Source: an uncultured Chloracidobacterium sp. (GTDB lineage Bacteria > Acidobacteriota > Blastocatellia > Pyrinomonadales > Pyrinomonadaceae). Taken from it: a DNA stretch of 64,000 nt. The stretch spans positions 36,019 through 100,018 of the forward strand of contig CAZSEL010000011.1 in NCBI GenBank assembly GCA_964605905.1, in the 5' to 3' direction. Each line of letters begins with the position of its first letter. The stretch's first letter is position 1. Positions 36,718 to 46,402 of the stretch are shown here, piece by piece. The notes under the pieces were generated by a model. It saw only the letters and a list, made by a program, of their open reading frames with translations, did no database searches and was not told the origin of the DNA. The position numbers and the translations under genes were made by a program.

Positions 36718-38097
36718 CTAACGCGGGAATGATTTGATCTTGGCTTTGGGGCGGTGTTTTGAGTCGCGGCGGCGGTCGTCGTCGGGGAGATCGGTGATGT
36801 CGTCGGGGTATTCGTGGCCGGCGGCGGCGAGGATGGCGAGGAGCAGGACGAAGAGCATCGAGACGGCGGTCGTGTGCAGCACGAAATCGAAAAGGCTGTG
36901 GACCAGCACGGCGAAGATGCCCGCAAGCGCGCCGGTGGCGATGCCGCGTCGGATGAGGTTGCGGGAACCCAGCCCGCGACGGCCCGCCTTATAAAGTAAA
37001 AAGAGGAACAGTAACGCGATGAGCACGCCGGGAATTCCCGCGTCGGCGGCAATTTGCAGATAGTCGTTGTGCGCCTGCTCGACGCGGGCCAATCCGCTCG
37101 CGGTGTCGAACCGCGTGTATGCGACGCCGTACGCTCCAAGCCCGGAACCGAACGGCAGATCGGCGACGATCATCTTTAGCGTAACTTCCCAGATCTCAAA
37201 CCGGCCCGTGGTCACGTCGTTTGTCGCCGCGGTATCGACTATTCGCGTCAAAGACGTATCTCCGCCGACAAAGATCGCTCCGCCCACGACCGCGGCGATC
37301 AGCAGCAGAGACATCGCAACGCGCAGCACAAGTTTTTTCGCCCCCGAACCTCGCGTAGTGATGATCGCCAAGAAAATTATCGCCGCCAGAAACGCCATCA
37401 GCCCGCCGCGCGATACGCTGAGCAGCATAGCTGCTCCCATCAGGGTGATCGCTATCACGTAAAGCAGCCGTTTGTCAGGCCGGATCGCTCCCGTAAACAG
37501 CATGCCGAGCGGTATCGCGACCATCATCTCCATCGCGGCGGCGAAGTTGTGGCGGTTAACAAATGAACCGAACGGCGCGGCCGCGTCATAGATGCCGTAA
37601 ATTTTGTCGGGGCTGAGTACGGATTGGAGAATGGCAAAAAACGCATACCCAAAACCAAAGATCGTGATGACCATCGCCAGCCGCGAAATGCGCTTCGCCG
37701 AATCCAACAAAACCAGCGCCGCCGAAAATAAAAATCCGAGTGCCAGAAAATGAACCGCAGCAACCTGCGTCCAAAACGGGTCGAACGAAATTGTTCGCGG
37801 CACGCTGCTCACACCCGCAACGTCCGTGATCCAACCGAACGGTATCACCTGAATAATTCCATAGACCGCCGCTAAATAAAGCGGCACCTGCAGCAGCGTC
37901 GAGCTATAACGGATCACGCCCGAACGAAGCGAATCGGTCGCCAAAAATACGAGAATAAGAAATATAAACAGATAAACAAGCGCGATCACCGGCTGATGCA
38001 CCGCGCCATAGGCAAGCGTCGCAAACACGAACGCCGCGCACAGCAGCACGAACGCAACTTTGTTAGCAAATGTTCTGGGCAGTTTTTCGTTTGTCAT
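36718..38097 (-). CDS. O-antigen ligase/polymerase-family membrane protein
   Basis: More than 10 TM segments. SVSRGGLMAFLAAIIF motif region. Confidence 0.8.
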   Translation of the reverse strand: MTNEKLPRTFANKVAFVLLCAAFVFATLAYGAVHQPVIALVYLFIFLILVFLATDSLRSGVIRYSSTLLQVPLYLAAVYGIIQVIPFGWITDVAGVSSVPRTISFDPFWTQVAAVHFLALGFLFSAALVLLDSAKRISRLAMVITIFGFGYAFFAILQSVLSPDKIYGIYDAAAPFGSFVNRHNFAAAMEMMVAIPLGMLFTGAIRPDKRLLYVIAITLMGAAMLLSVSRGGLMAFLAAIIFLAIITTRGSGAKKLVLRVAMSLLLIAAVVGGAIFVGGDTSLTRIVDTAATNDVTTGRFEIWEVTLKMIVADLPFGSGLGAYGVAYTRFDTASGLARVEQAHNDYLQIAADAGIPGVLIALLFLFLLYKAGRRGLGSRNLIRRGIATGALAGIFAVLVHSLFDFVLHTTAVSMLFVLLLAILAAAGHEYPDDITDLPDDDRRRDSKHRPKAKIKSFPR

Positions 38098-38171
38098 CTT
38101 TTCAGGGGACAGCCTATGCGAATCGAGTAGATTGATGTATGCAAAATAAAGTGAAACGCATTTTTGTTTTC

Positions 38172-38318
38172 ATGGGCTTCGCCCATCTATTTGCGGTGAA
38201 GCTGTGCTTCACCGTGTCTGGTCAAAATTCTTTGCAGCTCCGCCGCCGTCTGTCTGAATAAGCGGCGGCATAGCCGCAGGATTATTGGGACGCTTGCCGG
38301 AAAAGCATAGCTTTTCCG
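38172..38318. repeat. Second cluster of RAYT-type REP hairpins
   Basis: GCGGTGAAGCTGTGCTTCACCG, GCGGCATAGCCGC, CGGAAAAGCATAGCTTTTCCG. Confidence 0.75.
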
Positions 38319-38389
38319 CAAATAGAGAGGCATAGCGCAAGAAGTTCAAAACAACGGTGACACCAGAGTCATAAGAGTATCATTCACTT

Positions 38390-39685
38390 CTAACTGATTC
38401 TCTCCAGCTTGAATCCGTCGTACCACATCACGCCGACGAGCGGGCACTGCTCGCCGCAATACGCACGAGCGGTGCGGATGCTGACGCCTTGAGCTCCTTC
38501 AGGTGCGGTGAACTCGACGCTGTATTGCTGCCAGTCCGCCGTGCCCGTCGCGAACGGTTCGGTCGCGCCAAGTATGGCTCCGTCAGGGATGTTCCATACC
38601 TGGACAAACGGAGTGCCGCCGCTTTTCAGATTTTCCGTCCGCAGCATAAACGACAACCTGTATCGCGCGCCCGGCTGAACCGTCACGGTCTGGTATACGT
38701 TATAGTATTCGCGTTTATCGTACTGGCGAAAATTGATCTTCATGCTGCGGTCGCCCTGAAACTTGACCGCCGTATCCGACGCAATATCCACGCGGCCGTC
38801 GGTCCGCACAACCCGCCAGCCAAAAAGCGTATCATCGGGCTTGCCCCAGCCGGTTTCAAACCCGCCGTTTGAGATACTTTCCTGCTCGGCCTCGGAATCA
38901 ATGCCGGTCTGCTTTGCAAATTCGAGAGCCTGGCGGAACAGGAGCTTGTCATGCAGCCCTTGAGCGATTATCTTTGCAGCCGCGATATGCTCTGTCTTTT
39001 TTTCTTCACTGAGCGAGTTCCACATTCGCAGCGAATCCACAGAACTAGATCGCACCGCGTAAAAATAAGCGAGACTTGCGCGAACGTCGGGCGTATCGGC
39101 CGCAAGCTGTTCGACGCGTGCCGGATCTTTATCGAAATAATCCCACGCGAGCGAGAAAACCTGCTCGCGGTAAACGTGGCTTTTCCGCGTCGCTTCTTTT
39201 AATTGAACAAACGCATCTTCGCTGCGGTCTTGGCGTATCAAAAAGTTGCCAAACTGCCATCGCGGATAGGTGTACTCGGGCGCGATCCTGATCGACTGGT
39301 TGAACGCGGCCTCGGCCTTATCGAATTGTTCGGATTGTTCGTATGCTCGGCCGAGCTCTATCCACCAGCGGAAGTCCTCGGGCGAACGGCGGACAACGGC
39401 TTCGAGCAATTCGACCGCGAGCTGAGCGCCTTCAGCCGAGAAGTCCTCTCTTGCTTTGGCCGCCGAAAGCCACAACGGCATCGGGTCAGCCGGCGCAAGC
39501 GAATGAGCGACACCGGCGATCGCCGCCGCGTTTGGCTGGCCGGGCGACGTAAGCTCGGCGAGCAGGTTTCCAAGCTGCCACTTGATCGAAAAAATTCCGA
39601 AAACGAGAGCGATGATCGCACCGGCGGCGATCATCAATCGTCCGCTTTTCGTTCTCGCATTGATGATATTCAAAGGTTGGCTCAT
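38390..39685 (-). CDS. Membrane-anchored TPR protein with a C-terminal CBM-like jelly-roll domain
   Basis: N-terminal TM segment and TPR-like helices. C-terminus NGGFETGW..WQQYSVEF. Confidence 0.65.
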   Translation of the reverse strand: MSQPLNIINARTKSGRLMIAAGAIIALVFGIFSIKWQLGNLLAELTSPGQPNAAAIAGVAHSLAPADPMPLWLSAAKAREDFSAEGAQLAVELLEAVVRRSPEDFRWWIELGRAYEQSEQFDKAEAAFNQSIRIAPEYTYPRWQFGNFLIRQDRSEDAFVQLKEATRKSHVYREQVFSLAWDYFDKDPARVEQLAADTPDVRASLAYFYAVRSSSVDSLRMWNSLSEEKKTEHIAAAKIIAQGLHDKLLFRQALEFAKQTGIDSEAEQESISNGGFETGWGKPDDTLFGWRVVRTDGRVDIASDTAVKFQGDRSMKINFRQYDKREYYNVYQTVTVQPGARYRLSFMLRTENLKSGGTPFVQVWNIPDGAILGATEPFATGTADWQQYSVEFTAPEGAQGVSIRTARAYCGEQCPLVGVMWYDGFKLERIS

Positions 39686-40833
39686 TGATGATTTACTGCG
39701 GTCTCGTTCGGCTTTGAAGTATGAAAAAAGTCGGTGATCGAGGCGACAACGTGACCTTGTTGTTCAGGTTTTAACTCAGGAAATATCGGCAGAGCTAGCG
39801 TCTCGCGTCCTGCAAGTTCAGACTCGGGCATATCTCCGGCCTTTCCGCCGAGATACGCAAAACATTCCTGTAAATGCAGCGGCAGCGGATAATAAATGTC
39901 CGTCCCGACACCGTTTGCGGTCAGGTGCTCCCTCAATTCGTCGCGTCGGCCGGCAATGCGGACGACGTATTGATTATAGATGTGTCGGCAATTTTCGCGT
40001 TCAAGCGGCAGAATAATCTGTTCGGTCAATCCGGCGTTTTCAAACAGGTCGCGATAACGGTCGGCGTTTGCTTTTCGTTTGTTGGACCAGTCATCTAAGT
40101 GCGGCAATTTAACTCTAAGTACCGCGCCCTGAAAACCATCGAGACGTGAATTCAAACCGACCCATTTGTGATAGTAGCGTTCTTTCGAACCATGAACGCG
40201 CAACGCGAAAAGCTTTTCGGCTATCGCATCATCGTTGGTCGTCATAAATCCGCCATCGCCCATTCCGCCGAGATTTTTGGACGGATAAAAAGAGAAACAC
40301 CCAATCGCGGACATTGCTCCGGCACCCACGCCGTTCTCTTCGGCTCCGATCGCTTGTGCTGCATCTTCGACGACAGGAATACCGTGCTTTTCGGCGATTG
40401 CGTTTAGCGCGGCCATATCCGCACATTGTCCATAAAGATGCACGGGCTGGATCGCTTTGGTGTTTTTAGTGATCTTTGCCTCGACCTGTGAGATGTCGAG
40501 ATTATACGTTTGCGGATCTATATCAACAAAAACCGGCGTTGCTCCAAGCCGCGTTATCGCACTGACCGTGGCGAAAAAACTGTACGGCGTGGTGATAACT
40601 TCATCGCCAGGCCCGATATCGAAAGCCATCATCGCCAACAGCAAAGCGTCACTGCCCGAAGCGCAGCCGATCGCGTACTTAGTCCCGCAATACGCCGCAA
40701 GTTCCTTCTCCAATTCGGCTACTTCACCGCCGAGAATAAACCCGTTCGTATCAAGCACACGCCCAAGCGCCGCCTCGATCTCGGGCCGCAATGCGTCATT
40801 TTGTTCTTTAAGATCGAGTAACGGTACTTTCAT
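39682..40833 (-). CDS. DegT/DnrJ/EryC1/StrS-family aminotransferase
   Basis: FYPSKNLGGMGDGG and overall family pattern. Confidence 0.9.
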   Translation of the reverse strand: MKVPLLDLKEQNDALRPEIEAALGRVLDTNGFILGGEVAELEKELAAYCGTKYAIGCASGSDALLLAMMAFDIGPGDEVITTPYSFFATVSAITRLGATPVFVDIDPQTYNLDISQVEAKITKNTKAIQPVHLYGQCADMAALNAIAEKHGIPVVEDAAQAIGAEENGVGAGAMSAIGCFSFYPSKNLGGMGDGGFMTTNDDAIAEKLFALRVHGSKERYYHKWVGLNSRLDGFQGAVLRVKLPHLDDWSNKRKANADRYRDLFENAGLTEQIILPLERENCRHIYNQYVVRIAGRRDELREHLTANGVGTDIYYPLPLHLQECFAYLGGKAGDMPESELAGRETLALPIFPELKPEQQGHVVASITDFFHTSKPNETAVNHQ

Positions 40834-40841
40834 GTATTAGA

Positions 40842-41303
40842 GAATTCAGCCACAGAGGACACAGAGATTAATTTGAAACTCTTTTTACGCCATCAACCAA
40901 GCGTTTTTCGCCGAAGTTGATTATAAGACCTCGCTTTAGTCCGGTTGCTTTCAGATAGGACAAAATTTGAGCCATTGCGACTTCCGGCAGTCTTGAAAGA
41001 GATTTGATTTCAACAATTACCTCATTCTCGACAATCAGGTCTATTCTTTGTCCTTTGATAACTCGGCCTTTGTAAACTACGTCAACTCCAACCTGACGCG
41101 TATAACTTAATCCTCGTAACTCTAACTCATAGCACAAAGCTTCCTCGTAAATTGATTCAAGCAAGCCTGGCCCCAGACCTTTATGCACCTCAATTGCTGC
41201 CCCAATTATTTGCTGGGTCAGTTGATCGTGTGAATTTGCTGATGTATCCAAAATTCTATGAACGAGCAATTCTTAAAACTCTGTGTGCTCTGTGGCTAAA
41301 TTC
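40842..41303 (-). mobile_element. 462-bp single-ORF cassette bounded by 25-nt terminal inverted repeats (23/25 match)
   Basis: 40842-40866 GAATTCAGCCACAGAGGACACAGAG. The reverse complement of 41279-41303 is GAATTTAGCCACAGAGCACACAGAG. Confidence 0.5.
40868..41269 (-). CDS. GxxExxY protein (PD-(D/E)XK nuclease superfamily)
   Basis: IIGAAIEVHKGLGPGLLESIYEEAL..DLIVENEVIVEIK. TTG start; the exact start is uncertain. Confidence 0.85.
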   Translation of the reverse strand: MLVHRILDTSANSHDQLTQQIIGAAIEVHKGLGPGLLESIYEEALCYELELRGLSYTRQVGVDVVYKGRVIKGQRIDLIVENEVIVEIKSLSRLPEVAMAQILSYLKATGLKRGLIINFGEKRLVDGVKRVSN

Positions 41304-41359
41304 TACCCAAAGAGAAGTCAATTTGCATTTTCGTCAGTTCTTTTTTAGCCTTAGCCTCG

Positions 41360-42007
41360 ATGATCGCAGATAGAAAGCAGCGGACCGTCGAAATAATCAA
41401 GCGGTTGAAGAAAGCATATCCTGACGCGCACTGCGCCCTGGTTCACGCAAATCCGTTCGAGCTGTTGATCGCCACGATCCTTTCGGCACAATGTACGGAT
41501 GCTCGTGTAAACATCGTTACCGCAAATCTATTTCGCAAATATCGCGGGCCGCAGGATTTTATCGACGTTTCGCAGGCTGAGTTGGAAAAAGACATTCATT
41601 CAACTGGCTTTTTCCGAAACAAGGCGAAAAATATCAAGGCCGCAAGCCAACGAATTGTCGAGGTCTATGGCGGTAAGATTCCGCAAACTATGGAAGAAAT
41701 TCTTACGCTTGGCGGAGTTGCGCGAAAGACGGCCAATGTTGTGCTGGGAAATGCGTTTGGCATCGCTTCTGGCGTCGTCGTCGATACTCACGTTTCCCGG
41801 TTGTCCCAGCGTCTTGGCTTAACAACTGAGAAAACAGCCGAAAAGATCGAACGCGACCTCGAACAACTCGTCCCGAAAAAGAACTGGATAATGTTCCCGC
41901 ACTGGATGATCTTCCACGGCCGCCAGATCTGCAACGCCCGCAAGCCGAAATGCAGCGAATGTGTGCTGGCTGACATCTGCCCCTCTGTTTCCCGGTACGT
42001 GTCTTGA
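41360..42007 (+). CDS. nth: Endonuclease III
   Basis: HhH-GPD region and the CX6CX2CX5C cluster (CNARKPKCSECVLADIC). Confidence 0.9.
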   Translation: MIADRKQRTVEIIKRLKKAYPDAHCALVHANPFELLIATILSAQCTDARVNIVTANLFRKYRGPQDFIDVSQAELEKDIHSTGFFRNKAKNIKAASQRIVEVYGGKIPQTMEEILTLGGVARKTANVVLGNAFGIASGVVVDTHVSRLSQRLGLTTEKTAEKIERDLEQLVPKKNWIMFPHWMIFHGRQICNARKPKCSECVLADICPSVSRYVS

Positions 42008-42087
42008 CCGGCCTAGTGGTGGCAGCTTGCTTTTGAGGTCGTCATTGCACTTGTGAAAATGTTACAAGTCGCGGAAAATATACTCAA

Positions 42088-42435
42088 ATGCTAAAGCCCA
42101 GCTCCGTTAACGCTGAGATGATTCGCCTTCACCTTGAGGAAAAGCTCACGTTCGCCGAGATAGGCAAGATGTTTGGAATTACCAGGCAAGCGGTGCATTC
42201 CCGCATCAAGGGAGAGTTGCTGCGCACCAAAAACGGCATCTATAAGAAAAAAAATCGCGAGATGGAGCTTATCACCAGGCTTTATGTCGAAGAAGGAAAG
42301 ACTTTGAATGAGATAAGCAAGGAAGTCGGCCTGAGCGCTCCAGGCATCGCTTACCGACTCCAAAAGTTTGATATCAAGATCAGATCCGTTAAAGACAGTC
42401 CGACGAAAGCTAGGACCCGCACCGACAAACTTTAA
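42088..42435 (+). CDS. Small protein with two tandem HTH modules
   Basis: LTFAEIGKMFGITRQAVHSRIK and KTLNEISKEVGLSAPGIAYRLQKF. Confidence 0.55.
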   Translation: MLKPSSVNAEMIRLHLEEKLTFAEIGKMFGITRQAVHSRIKGELLRTKNGIYKKKNREMELITRLYVEEGKTLNEISKEVGLSAPGIAYRLQKFDIKIRSVKDSPTKARTRTDKL

Positions 42436-42443
42436 GCAAAGGC

Positions 42444-42473
42444 TCGGAGTTCCTGCTAAGGTTGGAACTCCGA
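42444..42473. terminator. 10-bp hairpin between convergent genes
   Basis: TCGGAGTTCC-N10-GGAACTCCGA. The U-tracts are weak. Confidence 0.4.
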
Positions 42474-42482
42474 AACTATGAT

Positions 42483-44080
42483 CTAATTCCGCTGCGGCGG
42501 AGCAGCCGGTAATTTATCGGCTGCAAAACGCGGCAATAATTTGTCGCTCATTGCCAGTTGATAAACGGTCGCTGCGATGACGATTGCGGCCTGCTGCACG
42601 TCGGCCTCGATGACGCGTTCGTAGGTGTCGAGATTTGTGTGCCAGGTGTGTGATCCGTATTCGATTGGGTCGAGATTCGCACCGATTCCCGGCAATCCCG
42701 CCTGATTAAATGAAGTGTGGTCCGAACCGCCCAGCCCGCGGCTTTTGGTCGAGATCGCACCCTCGATTCCCATAAACGAATACGGCCCGACGATCTGTCG
42801 CAGCACACTTGCCGTTTCGGGTGGACCAAACACGGAGAATCCGCGAACACGGCCGGTTCCGGTGTCGTGATTGATGTAACCACCGAATTTAGCCCACGCC
42901 GGTTTCGGAGCCTCGGCGGTTCCGAAATGTTTCGCGACATACGCTTGCGATCCGAGCAAACCTTGCTCTTCACCGCTCCACAACGCGACGCGGATCGTCC
43001 GTTTCGGCTTAACTCCGAGAGCTGTCAGGATGCGTACAGCTTCCATCATCACCGAACAGCCTGTGCCGTTGTCGGTCGCTCCGGTCGCCGAGTGCCACGA
43101 ATCGAGATGCCCGCCGAGCATGATAACTTCGTCCGGCTTTTCTGTACCGACGATCTCGGCAACCGTGTTGTACGAGGTCGTACCTTCGGGATAGAGCTTG
43201 TTGCGAATGTCGAATTCGAGATCGACCGAACGTCCGCCTTTTACAAGACGCACGATTCTTCCAAAATCTTCGTTGCGCATCACGACGGTCGGTACAACTT
43301 TTGTCGGATCGTAAGTATTGTTGCTAAACGCGCGTATCTGGCCGTGCTCGCGGCCTGCGTCGTTGACACGAACTACCACACCGTTATCGATCAGGAATTT
43401 ATTTATCTGATTGCTTAGTTCAGGAAACGGCAACGCTCCCACTTTTGGTGTCGGCGGCGTGAACGGAGGTCCCTGAAACTGCGGTGCCGGAGCATCGGGA
43501 TTTACACGCTGCTTTGCAACGTCGTCGGGCGTGCGCTTCGGCGGCGGAGTGATGTTCACCGGAACCGATCCGGGATTTCCCCAAACCACCACGCTTCCCT
43601 TTACATCTGCCCGGATCTTATCGAAATACGCGGTCAGTTCTTCTTGCGTCGGGCGATCGGGCAGAACCATGTTGAATGCTTTGCCTTTAACGACGCCGTT
43701 CGTGCTGGCCGTCCACGCCAGCACTTCGAACACAAGCGAGTCTTGAACAGGCGACGTGTAAACCCTGACGCGCGTTCATTCACCCAGCCCGGACGGCCAA
43801 AATCCCACGGCTCAAGTGCCGCGTTCTGCATTCCCCAATCGGTCATCTGCTTTGCGGCCCATTCACCGGCAGCTTTCAACTGAGGCGAACCGGTCAAACG
43901 CGGGCCGTAAACGTCGGTCAGCATCGACAGCGTTTTCATTACCTGCGAGTTCTTGGTTCCCTCCACGCGGATACGGTCATAGATGTCCGCCTCGGGCTGG
44001 GCGACTATCAATCCCGGCAATACAATGGCCTGCAAAAGTATTAAGGCCGCGACAGAATTCAGCATTTTTCGTATTTTCAT
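42483..44080 (-). pseudogene. M28-family peptidase interrupted by a single frameshift (or an assembly indel)
   Basis: ORF 43634-44080 (signal peptide ..[11 protein letters not shown]) and ORF 42483-43733 join as [19 protein letters not shown] in a different reading frame. The switch must lie within 43764-43775. Confidence 0.7.
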
Positions 44081-44351
44081 TTAGTTATCAGCGCAAATTC
44101 ACCGGGGCCGTAATTAGCGGCCAGGCAAGACTCCAAAGTATTAAATTTATTTCACCGCCCTCAAGACGGCTGGCGTGTTGCGATACTTATACTCGAACAG
44201 CGAACATTATGTTTCAAAAAAACGGCTTTAACTATCAACTTTAAACTATTCGTTTTCCACTAACCGGAAAACTCTTTTTCCTGATAACGTAGAGTTAATA
44301 GTGTAAAGCGTAAAGTTGCTGACAAAAAGTTGTGTTATCATCATCGCCGAT

Positions 44352-44762
44352 ATGCAAAACGAAGCAAAGGCAAGCGTGCCCTATCGCGTCAGCGAACCTC
44401 GATACTCCGTTTCATCTCAAATGGTTACAACCGCGTTTGAATTGCCGGGTTTTCGTGTCGTGCAAAATCTCGGCGTAGTTCGCGGTATTGTCGTCAGATC
44501 GCGATCGATAATTGCGAATATCGGGGCCTCGCTGCAAACTCTGGTTGGCGGAAATATCGGAGCATGGACCAGCCTCTGCGAACAAACACGTTCTGAGGCC
44601 TTCGAGATAATGATCCAGCATGCGTCGGAGATAGGCGCAAATGCGATAATCGGAGCAAGATACGATACTACCGAAATAGCTGCCGGAGCGGCGGAAGTTC
44701 TGGCCTACGGCACGGCAGTGATCGTGGAGCCGCTAAACGGTACAAATATCTACGACGAGTAG
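44352..44762 (+). CDS. YbjQ-family (UPF0145) protein
   Basis: GVVRGIVVRSRS..GANAIIGARYD. Confidence 0.8.
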   Translation: MQNEAKASVPYRVSEPRYSVSSQMVTTAFELPGFRVVQNLGVVRGIVVRSRSIIANIGASLQTLVGGNIGAWTSLCEQTRSEAFEIMIQHASEIGANAIIGARYDTTEIAAGAAEVLAYGTAVIVEPLNGTNIYDE

Positions 44763-44788
44763 TATAAAGTTTGATGGAGAATGTATTA

Positions 44789-45301
44789 ATGATGTCTAAG
44801 ATCCTAATCGGACTGTGTCTCATAATTTGCCTGACAATGGCAGCAAATACTCAAGTTAAACCGGTTGCCGGTAAAGCCAGCCAAAATACAAAATCAATGA
44901 CAAAACTTGCTAAGGGAACATTTGAGGTAAAAGTAACGCCGCTCGCGGCAGAAGAAAATGTCGGTGCCCCGACGATCAGCCGTCTTTCATTGGACAAAAC
45001 ATTCACCGGCGACCTGACCGGCACCGGCAAAGGCCAGATGCTTGGCATCGGCACGGAAGTTAAAGGTTCGGGTGGATACGTCGCCGCCGAGCGCATTAAT
45101 GGAACGCTCGAAGGGAAAAAAGGAACATTTGCCTTGCAGCATACCGGCACTATGCAGGGCGATAAATACGAAATGCTGATAACCGTCGTGCCCGATTCCG
45201 GCACCGGTGAGCTTACGGGCATCACGGGCAAATTAAAGATCGTTATTGAAAACGGCAAGCATTTCTATGAATTAGAATATTCGTTCGCTAAGCCAAAATA
45301 A
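44789..45301 (+). CDS. DUF3224-like secreted protein
   Basis: Signal peptide. GKKGTFALQHTG..VPDSGTGELTGITG. The start is ambiguous (44771-44792). Confidence 0.7.
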   Translation: MMSKILIGLCLIICLTMAANTQVKPVAGKASQNTKSMTKLAKGTFEVKVTPLAAEENVGAPTISRLSLDKTFTGDLTGTGKGQMLGIGTEVKGSGGYVAAERINGTLEGKKGTFALQHTGTMQGDKYEMLITVVPDSGTGELTGITGKLKIVIENGKHFYELEYSFAKPK

Positions 45302-45316
45302 TTGGCGAGTATTGAT

Positions 45317-45679
45317 ATGAAGCTAGTTGCAAACCTGCTTACGGCCATTGTGGCGATCGAGCACATAGGAATTCTTGTGCTCGAGATGTTCTTCTGGAAT
45401 CATCCGGTCGGCCAACGCATCTTTGGAATGACGCCGGAAGTTTCCTCGGCATCGGCTACGCTGGCGGCAAATCAGGGTTTGTACAATGGCTTTCTCGCTA
45501 TCGGATTGTTTTGGGGATTGATCGCCGACCGACGCGATGTGAAACTTTTTTTCCTTGCTTGCGTAGTCATCGCCGGTATTTTCGGCGGAGCAACCGCCAA
45601 AACGTCGATTCTTTTCACTCAGGCACTCCCAGCCTTGTTTGCTTTCATTCTGGTTTTCGTGTCGCGAGAAAACAAATAA
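45317..45679 (+). CDS. DUF1304-family membrane protein
   Basis: AIEHIGILVLEMFFW..NQGLYNGFLA. Confidence 0.8.
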   Translation: MKLVANLLTAIVAIEHIGILVLEMFFWNHPVGQRIFGMTPEVSSASATLAANQGLYNGFLAIGLFWGLIADRRDVKLFFLACVVIAGIFGGATAKTSILFTQALPALFAFILVFVSRENK

Positions 45680-45715
45680 CCTCATACGGACGCTGGTTGT
45701 AACGGTCGAAGCAAA

Positions 45716-46402
45716 TTAGTCGATTTCGGCAGACGGTTTGGCTGCAATCGACCGATCTGTATTAAATTCTGTCCGTTGATTCCATATCTCCGTGTCCAGG
45801 CTGGAAGGAATGAACCGCCCGTGTGAATTCGACAGTAATTCGCTTGCTTTAAGCAGGAAATGATCCGTTTGCTCGGGCGACAGGCATCGCTTTGGAATCG
45901 CGATTATCGAAGAGGCTCGTATTGTTATGAGAAGGAACTTTTCATCCGCAGAAACACTCTCTATTCCCCTCCATGAGTAGAAAGCCGCATTGACATCAGT
46001 GGCTTCCCAAAAACCGTCTTCTTCCAATCGCAGTATGTGTCCGCAGAAAAGTCCGTTCGGCTCGCTGCCGACTGCGATCTCAGGCAGTTTGGTGCCAAAG
46101 TAATTCAGGGTGAAGATGACAATGATAAGAACAGCAAAGTAAACGCAGAGCCGCAGAAACAAGTGCATCAGCGGCCAACCACTACTGAAATCCAGCGAGC
46201 CGGAAACTATTGCATAGATCAGATCAGCAAAAATAAAGAGCAATGCGATGCCCGCGAAGATCGCCACATTATACTTATGTGTATTCTGTTTTGCCGCAAA
46301 GGCTTTCGAGAATTCATAGTGGTCGGATGGCGTGTAGTCGAAGTTTATCTGCACAAAATTATAATGTCGCAACGAGCTATACAGTGACGATCTCGCCCAC
46401 AA
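45716..46402 (-). CDS. Hypothetical membrane protein (YcxB-like C-terminus)
   Basis: Two TM segments. No ATG start (TTG). Overlaps the rimO 3' end by 26 nt. Confidence 0.45.
   Translation of the reverse strand: MWARSSLYSSLRHYNFVQINFDYTPSDHYEFSKAFAAKQNTHKYNVAIFAGIALLFIFADLIYAIVSGSLDFSSGWPLMHLFLRLCVYFAVLIIVIFTLNYFGTKLPEIAVGSEPNGLFCGHILRLEEDGFWEATDVNAAFYSWRGIESVSADEKFLLITIRASSIIAIPKRCLSPEQTDHFLLKASELLSNSHGRFIPSSLDTEIWNQRTEFNTDRSIAAKPSAEID

Noticed and set aside
35610-37139. ORFs 35610-35825, 36282-36491 and 36624-37139
   Set aside because: The first two are read through REP hairpins flanking the RAYT gene. The third is antisense to the O-antigen ligase gene and is Ser/Pro/Thr low-complexity sequence.
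44253-44285. Weak hairpin GTTTTCC-N6-GGAAAAC plus T-rich tail upstream of the YbjQ gene
   Set aside because: The stem is short and AT-rich, sits in a divergent promoter region, and is indistinguishable from chance.
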